The notes beneath the pieces were generated by a model. That model was not told where the DNA came from and ran no database searches. It saw only the letters and a program-made list of their open reading frames with translations. The translations under genes were made by a program, and so were the position numbers. 61,734 nucleotides of DNA from positions 1 to 61,734 of IMG/VR virus record IMGVR_UViG_3300008255_002410, one strand, 5' to 3'. Shown piece after piece: positions 8,118 to 17,000 of this stretch (position 1 is the stretch's first letter; each line of letters starts with the position of its first letter). Source of the DNA: a virus. Lineage: Duplodnaviria > Caudoviricetes.

Positions 8118-11042
8118 TTAGTGATCAGCGTGGGTTTCCTCTATGTACCCGTTAACATAAAGATCAATATTTCCATTGATTGCGTTCCATCCAAACTTGA
8201 TAACCCCTGCGCGAATTCCGCACAATCCTTGAACTTGAGCGCTTGTTGGATTAGCATTCGCTGCTACATTGAAAGCACGAACGGTTACAGTACTTAGTGC
8301 CCCATAAGGACCAACGGTTTCAACCCCGATTCCTCCTTGAACCAAGCCGTTTATTGCAGGGTCTACTTGAGCCAAAATAGTAAACACCCCAGTGGTACTG
8401 GTTGGGTGGATTCGTGTGGTAACATCAGTATCTACCCCACCAAACAAGCTTGTAGTGCCATCGTTGGCAACAAGCAGCTGAGGGCTTTTGTAAAGGATGG
8501 TATTCGCTGTTTGGGTTGCAGGTATCAGGTTGCCACCCCCATCTGTACGAAAGCTTCCAACGCGAAGAAACAGGTTATACGTTGCTGGAAGCGCTGGTAC
8601 TGTCAGTGCCGCCGATATGAGCCCTCTAACGTCTATGTCATTTTGGTCTTGACTTATCAAGAAAACGTAGTACCAAGTATCACTCGCGAGTGCCCCCCCG
8701 ACAACGTCTGTTGAAAGTCCGTCAACTCCCACAACAGTAGCGTTTACTGTTCTGTTAACTCCTTGGGATACTGATCTATTGACATGAGAGATCCCGTTTA
8801 CGAGTTCTGCACCCGCAGCTCTTACAATGATTTCAGTGTTGCTATTGTATTCAATGTATTTTCCACGTACAAAGCCTGCTGACCTGTTTGGAAGCCTTGA
8901 GTCATTTCCTTGTACAACAACACCTGCGCCAGTTTCTCCATCTGTAGCTAGTTCTACAGCCCCCTTTGTTGTTGTCGTTGCATCATTGATCCCAATAGCT
9001 GGTGTTACCCCACCTGTTGAAGTAATCGGGGCTGTTCCAGAAACAGAAGTTACTCCACCCCCACCACTTCCCATCGCCGCGAAGTCAATTCCGTTGTTTG
9101 AGAACTCCCAGACGTTCCCGGTGTCGTTGTACCTCAATTTAGGCTTGTTTGCGTCTGCGTTGTTCGCTTGAAGAATCTTGTTTCCAGACGCACCGTCCCC
9201 TACAGAAAAGGTGTTCTGGTTAGTTCCAGTATCCGTATTTTGGGTATGCAGTCTAGCATCATTGCCTTGACAGGCTGTACCAGATCCTGTTCCGTACACA
9301 ACAGCAAAGTTACGATTTGCTGAGAGATCTCCACCACCGGAAAGGCCAGTACTCGCAGTAATTGCTCTGGTAGTACGAACCACTGAGGCGTCTACCGCTA
9401 CAGAGTCTGCAGCAACCGAAACACCATCCCCAGCACCGACATTGAACGTCCTTCCTGTTGTCAGGTCACCGCCACCAGTCAATCCACTTCCAGCGGTCAA
9501 GACCAAGCCAGAAGAAGCGAACCCAGCGTGCCCATGATTTCCAGCAGCAACCTGAGTGGCACCAGTACCAATACTCAATGACACTGTCTTGAGACTTCCC
9601 ACTCCAGCAATCGAGATTCCATTGCCGCTGACGGCAGTCTCATGCAGCGTTCTCAGTGTGGTGCCATCGTCATATCGAAGCTTGTTGTTGGTCGAATCGA
9701 ACCAAAAGCGTCCCTTGGTTCCAGCTCCAGCAGAAGGTTCTGAAGCTGAAGCGACTTGTTCAGCTCGAACAGTAACTGCTTGAAATCCTCCAAAGCTTTG
9801 GTTCCCAGAGAACGCTCGAGCTCCGCTGACCAGGATGTACTGAGGGTGGTCGTCATCACCCAGGCCAGTGAGTGCGCCGTGATCCGTAACAACAAGCCCA
9901 TCTACATACCCCTTGGTTGTCAGGTGGGCAACATCAGTTGGGGTGACCCCACCAACAGTCCCGGAAAATGCTCGAGCTCCACTCACCAGAACGTACTGGG
10001 TGTGGTCATCATCGCCAAGACCGTTCAGGGCCAGTCCGTGATCAATCTTCCCGCCGCGGTTACTCCCACTGGCTTGATGGTCATGGTCAACCAGAGATCC
10101 CGTCAGGGTAAACGTCCTGTTTGCAGACAGGTCTTGAGCCCCTTCCCCTATGGCAAGACCAACACCACCAACAGCAACCTGCAAAGTTCTTGTATTCGGG
10201 ATGAACGCTGCGTACTCAAATGCAGTCAGGTGCTTGTAGTCTCCAGCGTTCAGGTTGGTCAGGGCATTGTGATCCTGCGTCTGCGCCTGTATTCGAAGCC
10301 ATCTCCCTGTGGGGGCGTCTCCATCCGTAGGGGCTACGATGTCCACATCATCTGCAGCACTTGAATCTCCGGATTCGAATCGAAACAAGGACCCAACACC
10401 GTCAACAAGCCTGAGTTGCTTGTCTTGCCTGCTGGCCCCTGCCACAGCCTTCAGCGCAGCGATATCTGCTACTGCAGCTGCGTAAGTTCCAGAGACAGCT
10501 GAAACTTGCTGGTCCACGTAGCTCTTGGTGGTTAGGTGGGCTGAGGTGGATGGATCTTCTCCTGATTGGGGTTGAGTGAAGACGTTGTCAATGTTCTTCC
10601 TGGCAACTGTGGAGTCCACTGCAATAGTGTCCGCTCCAACAGAAATGCCGTCACCTGGACCCACGTTCACTGTTACAGAATCTGACAGTGAAGAAGACCC
10701 TGCAAGACCAGCACCTGGAATGAGCTCGTGAACAAACGTCTTCAAGCTTCCACCACTGGTGAGGTACTTGAGGGTGCCGCTGACGTCCTTGATCTCACTG
10801 TTGACGGCAGGGTTACCAGCATCACTAGGAAGCAGCAGACTTGCTCCGGTCAGATCTTGCTGGCCCAGGATTACGTTTCCTCCAGAGAGTGCTACGAAGC
10901 GTGGAGTATCCGCCTGGTCCATGGCAACAGCCAGGTCGTTTCCCGTCTCTGCGTCTTGCTTGAATGTACCGTCCTGATTGTGACGCTTGTCGATACGAAG
11001 ACCGATGTCAGCCAGGCTCAGCTTTGTTGGGTCAAGTGGCAT
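8118..11042 (-). CDS. Tail fibre-like virion protein (974 aa)
   Basis: Gly/Ser/Thr-rich; AG.GL.GGGDL...R, HLTTK.YVD, GLGDDDH.QY and GND.RL fibre motifs. Confidence 0.8.
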   Translation of the reverse strand: MPLDPTKLSLADIGLRIDKRHNQDGTFKQDAETGNDLAVAMDQADTPRFVALSGGNVILGQQDLTGASLLLPSDAGNPAVNSEIKDVSGTLKYLTSGGSLKTFVHELIPGAGLAGSSSLSDSVTVNVGPGDGISVGADTIAVDSTVARKNIDNVFTQPQSGEDPSTSAHLTTKSYVDQQVSAVSGTYAAAVADIAALKAVAGASRQDKQLRLVDGVGSLFRFESGDSSAADDVDIVAPTDGDAPTGRWLRIQAQTQDHNALTNLNAGDYKHLTAFEYAAFIPNTRTLQVAVGGVGLAIGEGAQDLSANRTFTLTGSLVDHDHQASGSNRGGKIDHGLALNGLGDDDHTQYVLVSGARAFSGTVGGVTPTDVAHLTTKGYVDGLVVTDHGALTGLGDDDHPQYILVSGARAFSGNQSFGGFQAVTVRAEQVASASEPSAGAGTKGRFWFDSTNNKLRYDDGTTLRTLHETAVSGNGISIAGVGSLKTVSLSIGTGATQVAAGNHGHAGFASSGLVLTAGSGLTGGGDLTTGRTFNVGAGDGVSVAADSVAVDASVVRTTRAITASTGLSGGGDLSANRNFAVVYGTGSGTACQGNDARLHTQNTDTGTNQNTFSVGDGASGNKILQANNADANKPKLRYNDTGNVWEFSNNGIDFAAMGSGGGGVTSVSGTAPITSTGGVTPAIGINDATTTTKGAVELATDGETGAGVVVQGNDSRLPNRSAGFVRGKYIEYNSNTEIIVRAAGAELVNGISHVNRSVSQGVNRTVNATVVGVDGLSTDVVGGALASDTWYYVFLISQDQNDIDVRGLISAALTVPALPATYNLFLRVGSFRTDGGGNLIPATQTANTILYKSPQLLVANDGTTSLFGGVDTDVTTRIHPTSTTGVFTILAQVDPAINGLVQGGIGVETVGPYGALSTVTVRAFNVAANANPTSAQVQGLCGIRAGVIKFGWNAINGNIDLYVNGYIEETHADH

Positions 11043-11058
11043 TTTGAGCTACCTCTGT

Positions 11059-14000
11059 TTATCTTCGTCGAACGGTATACCGGAAGAAGGGGCCGACTGT
11101 GGTATTTGCTGCCAGAGCGCTACCTGCGTGGCGAATGATTATGGTCAGCGTACCGCCGGCAATTACAGTTTGTCCTGCTCTACGATCAACAGCAAATACA
11201 CCCACGGAGGCCCAAAGGTTACCAGACAGGTCATCCGCATGCTCGATGGATTGGCTGATATCAATAACCACATCTGTAAGAGCAACAATCTCAGCAGGCA
11301 GGTTTCGGACTTCAATCGTCGTCTTGCCAGCGGTCGCCCCAGACTCAGGGTCGCCTGCAATGTTTGTGTCCCAGCCAACAGGCCAGCTTGCATCAGCTAA
11401 AACTAGATCCTCTTGGAAGAGCACCGTCTTTGTTGCTGAATCATCAGCCAGCCTGTATTCGAGCTTACCTGTGTTTTCTTTGATGTCTCGAGCATTTGCT
11501 GGGGCACCTCCAGAAGGAAGCCCGAGCCGGGTACTCACGTTTACCCCGGAAGAGAACGTCTGCAGTACTGACCAAGTATTGGCAGTGTCCAACTTCAAGC
11601 CAACAGGTGTGCCGGTACGACCATCACCTGTCAAAGTAGAATCCGTGATGATCTTCTGGATAGCCGTCAGAAGAACTCGAGCTGTTCCGGCAGGGCTTTC
11701 CGATGTGACGATCCCCATACCTTCGGGGTCTGTATTGCCCTTGGCAAAGAGCGCAACCGTGGCGCCATCAACATCTGTAGAACCGTCTGTGACCTTGTTG
11801 ATTGTTCCTGGGCCAGCAGCTCCAGTGTTTACAGCAACCCGAATCACAACGCCAGCTTTGTCCTTGAATCGGAGTTCACCACTTCCAACAACACTGTCAT
11901 CAATCCAGATGTTCAGGTTGTCTGGAGTAGTTGTGTTCAACGGAAGCTTGACCTTCTTTCCGTCAGGCACAGTCAAGCCTTCAGCAAACGGGATTTGAGC
12001 AGTTGCTGTTGTGGTCCCATCTTTGTACAGGACCTTGTCAGCTTCAGCGGCTTTACCTGCAGCGCCAGCGGTGAGGTCAAGGTCAAGCGCATCTGCGGTT
12101 AGCTTGAAGGCTCCCGTGTAATCTAGCTGCAGACCAAAGCCGTCAACGCTGATAGGCGCTTGCTGTACCGTGGACAGCGTGCGTAGGGAGCCATCTAGAG
12201 AATCAGCTTCTGCAAGTCCAGTACCAGCGGTTGCCAACATCAAGGGCTGGAAGTTCACAGCATCATGCGAGAACCTTACGCGGCTGCTTCCTGCGTCCCA
12301 CTTGAGTTCGCCTGTGACGAGCTTGACCCCGTCTGAGAACGTCTGCTGTTCTGCCCAGGTGTTGATTGAGTCCAGGCGTCCGTAATCTGCATCGTGATCG
12401 TGCCCAACTGCAGAAACCAAGGCGAAGTCAACAGCCAGGGTTCCTGTTTCAGTGATTGGGTTTCCAGGGCTATCTGATCGGAGCAACCCCGAGCCAGCAG
12501 TCACGGAACGTACCGATCCAAGAATCTTCAAAGCACCTGCGGACGTTCGATACTTGAGTGGGTTTCCGGCATCTGCAGATTCCGAGATTTCCCGGTTGTC
12601 TACTGGGTCTCCTGTTGGAAGTAGCAGTACTCCAGAGGCGGGAAGGCGAATTTCAGTACCGCCAAAGAGCGCTGAGGAATGGTCGTGGGGAAGCGGGGAT
12701 CTGGCGTCCTCTAGCCGTGGATCGCTGTCTGTAGGTGCCGTTGCCTGGGAGTCTTCTAGGTCTTCTCCCTTTCGACGCTTGTTCCAGTTCTTCCCGTTCC
12801 AGATCCAGGTGTCCTGCAGTGCTTCTGCGTCAGCAAAACCACCAAACAGAAGCACACGTCCTAGTGGTGGCTGTGCAATGATTACCTGGTCAGCACGTCC
12901 TGCAGGGAGCTCCCGGGTAGAGACGATTTTCACCCAGTTTCCTGTACCTGGCCATTCCCATGTTTCTGTAGCACCACCAACAGCCGTGCCTGTAAGCACC
13001 AGGATGTTGCGAGGTATGTCGTAGGCTAGCTTGGGAGTTGAAAGCGTAGGGCTTCCAGCGCTGACTGCAGTCCAGGTTCTCGTGGACCCAGTCCAGGTCC
13101 AGGTTTCTGCGTAGTCTGCCTCAAGTGAGGTGCTGTATCCGCCAAAGACCACGGTCTTGGATATCGCAGGGAAGTAACACACCGCTGGGTCAACCCTGGC
13201 GCCTGGAGGAGTCCCAGGATTGAGCGGCAACCACCTGCGTGTAACCGGATCGAATTCCCAGATATCGTTGCCCTGGACTTCATCTCCGCTATCAGCGTCT
13301 ACGGTGATGCCCGCGAAGATGTAGAGCTTGTCTACTCCCGGGTCATGAGCCATCCCAAAGCGGCTACGCCCCTTGGGGGGCGGGTAGTACAAGACCTGAG
13401 ACCATGCAGTGCCGTTGAACGTCCAGGTGTCGTTGTTGCCTGTACCAGAGCTAGTCCATCCACCTACCAGGGTGAGGACCTCTGTGTTGATGTTGTAGAA
13501 CAGCTCGCTGCTATCTACTGGCGCAGGCTCACTCCCTGTGGGGCTATTTTGTACCCAGTTGTTCCCGTCGTATTCCCAGAGTTCATTATCCAGAGTGGAG
13601 TCGTCATTACCAAAAATCGTGACAACATTTCGGCTTGCATCGAACGCTGCAGCGTTCCTGGTCTTCTCTCCTGGGTTAGCTACAGGGGTCTTTTTTGTCC
13701 AGGTAACTCCGTCCCACTCCCAGGTCTCTGTGGAGTAGACCTTGGTGGGGGTCATGTTAATGACAGTCCATCGGAAGCCGCCGTAGAGCACAGCAACTTC
13801 TCGAGCGCTGTCGAAGACTAGAACATGCCCAGCCCGGTCGTCCGGCTTTGCTCCACCGGGAGCAAGAGCATCCCAAGTACTTCCACTGTTGTTCCACTCG
13901 TAGATAACTCCCCAGGAGAAAAGCTCAAACGTATTTGGGTCTTGATACTCTCCACCAAACAGGTAAGCCTTGTCCCTGATCGTGTCATAGACAATTCCTG

Positions 14001-17000
14001 ACCAGACAGCGGGCTTTGGAAATCTGGTGTTGTCGTGGATCTGGCGCTTTGTCCAGGTCCCGCCATCCCACTCCCAGGTATCATTTCTGGCACCCGTAGG
14101 TAGCTGAGTAGGGGCAACACCACTACTAGTGCTGCCGCCGAAGAGGCGGACTACTCCCAAGTCTGGGTCAAAGGTTAGGCTGTGTCCACCTCTCCCAAGT
14201 GGGTAGTCTACGTCAGCAGTGCCCGGCACTTGGATTTGTGCCCATTCGGCGCCGTCGAACTCCCAGGTATCCGTAAGTACAGTCCCTGTTACAGCGTCCC
14301 AGCCACCAAATAGAACTGCAACGCCACGCACGCTGTCATAGGCTACTGCATGCCCCCAGCGTGGACTAGGAAAGTTACTAGACACCACATAGCTGACGGC
14401 AGTCCAGTCAGATCCGTCCCAAGTGTAGGCATCACTGAGGAGTTCTCCTTTCACATTCCCGTACCGGCCTGCGTGCAAAAACAGTCGGTTGCGTAGCGGG
14501 TCAGTAATCAGACTAGCGGACACGCGAGCCTTGAAGCCGGCGTCAGCTTCTGCGGTTGGTATTTTTCGAAGCCAGTTGGTGCCAGACCACTCCCAAGTCT
14601 CTTTGTTGTAAGTGCCCGCTGTATTCTGCCCACCAAAAAGTACGCATCTGTTAGTCTTTGGGTGGTACGCCCCAACAGCTTGTGTTCGAGCAGAAGGGAT
14701 GCTTTCTACTTCTGGGCTTTCAGACAGATAAGCCACACCGCTAAGGTCCGCAGACGCGGTGACCAAAGGAGAGGCCGAGGGTAGTGTTGCCAGGGTTCGT
14801 AGATCACCTGCAGCAGTCTTGTACTGCAAGTCACCACTGGCAATTTCAACAATAGCTCTGTTTTCTGGAGGCGCAGCTGCTTTTGGAAAGAGCAGGATTC
14901 CACTTTCTGGCAATCTGAGGATGCTACCCCCATAACCATCGTCTGAGTGGTCGTGTATCCCAGGGAAAGCCGTAGCAATTCGAGGGTCATTATCGCTAAC
15001 TGCTGCAGGCTTCTGTCCTGCAGGAAGGTTGATCCAGGTGGTCCCGTTGTACTCCCATACAGTTTGGTTGGTTCCTCCACCATAGAGCAGCAGGCTAGTT
15101 CTAGCACTGTTGTAAACAAGTCCAGCCAGGCTTCTTGCAGTAGGTACCCCTGCACTGAAAGTCTGCTGAGTCCAGGTGCTTGTCCCTGTATTCAGAGTCC
15201 AAGTATCATTGAGGTTTCCACTGTCATTACCCCCAAAGAGTACTACCCGACTTGTACTGGGGAGGTAGGCCATCGCCACAGACATCCTGGAAGTAGGACT
15301 CGAAGCTGGGTTGAGCTGAGTCCAGACCGTACCATTCCAGGTCCAGGTGTCCGAAAAGTGGGTTCCCGGGATGTCCAGGCGTTCTCCGCCGAAGAGAACT
15401 GTCTTTCCTTGGGAAACGTCAAAGGCAAGTCCCGGGTGGTTTCTTGGCGCTGGGGATGTCTCTGGAGTTACATCAGCCCAGGTCCAAACTTGGCCATCCC
15501 AGGAGAGTTCGTAGGTCTTGGAAGCCCCTTCTTCCACACCATAGACCACGACGACTTTTCGAACAGAATCGTAAATCGCTTTATGCCCAGCCAGTGTTGG
15601 TGAGTTGACGGTGGTGACCGGGTACCAGTTGGCACCGTCCCATTCCCAAGTTTCATTTGATGGTTCTGCATGCTCGTTTTGTAACCAGCCACCATGCATG
15701 AACACCCTGTTACGCGGTGGGAAGTACAAGAATGCATGGCCAGACCTGGCATCAGGGTATGCCTCTACAAATGCCCCCTGTGCATCCCGTGGTGAAGCAT
15801 CCATCCAGGAGAAGCCGTTCCACTCCCAAACTCGCTTGTCCACCAGGACTTGACTGGTGTTCTCTCCACCGAATGAAATGTTACGCAGCCGTCTTGGGTC
15901 ATAGGCTAAACCGCCCAAAGACACGGCAGTCGGGTTCTGAGTTACCCAGGGGGTAGCTGTCAGGTAAACAATTCCCTGTACGGTGGTTGATGCAGGGACT
16001 AGGGTAACGGCGGAAATAGCCGCAAGCGTGTTCTTGTCAGCTACCGACATCAAGCCAGGGATACTGGTCGGATTGGTCGCTCCATCACCAGTGGTATCAA
16101 CGTCCGTGGGGAGGAGACGCTTATCATCAGCTCGAACGGGGAGGGCGTTTGATGCTCCACTAGCTGCGTACTCAAGTGAGAGCTGGAGGTATTCACCAGC
16201 ACCTGAGTCCGCCTTGTCAGTGGCTAGCAAACCGTTGTTTTCTAGCACCCTGACTTCTATGATTCTGCTTGGGTTCGGGGGGTTTACTGGATTTGAGGTA
16301 GCATCCCCACCAATTGTGTACTCCCAGCGCTTTGTTACCGCGTTGAAAAGGATTGAGGGGAAATACGTGGAACCTGTGTTGACGAATAGCCCAGCGGAAC
16401 CTGAGGTCCCCCAAACCATCGTGGTGGAACCAGGGCCCAGGTAGAGATTCCCGGATTCATCAACACGCAACACGTCAACCGCAGGGAGCGCAGTAACAGG
16501 TAGAGGCTGTCTTCGAAGTCGCCAGGTGTCTGTTGGGTACCGTTCGTTTTCATTGTTGATGACCGTCAGGTCCCAGAATGGTATTGCTGTAGAGTTTCGA
16601 TTCCATTCAAGGGCTGTGACGTAGGCGCCGGCTTGCTGTGTGGTTCCAACCGTCAGGAACCCATCAGAGTCTCCGCTTCCACCGAAACCAGCCTGTCCGA
16701 AGAAGACACTAGGCCCTGCTTGTGGCATCAAGAAGGACGAGATGTCAGCGAAGCTGTTCTTTCCTGTGAAGCTGTTGTCACCCTCGAGCTTTGCGTTACC
16801 AGTAAGACGAGCGTCTGTGTTATCCACTGCAGCAGGGGTGGTCACCCCGTTGCTTGAGAAAACCACTCCAAGGGGGGTCCCAACCGTTCCATCCCCGGTA
16901 AGGGAGGCATCATGGTTTGGGGCTGTTCCCGTGATCTCAAGAACTGCTGGACTTGGGACCACGCTTGACTGCTGGTAGAGTTTGACACCAGGCCCTACAA

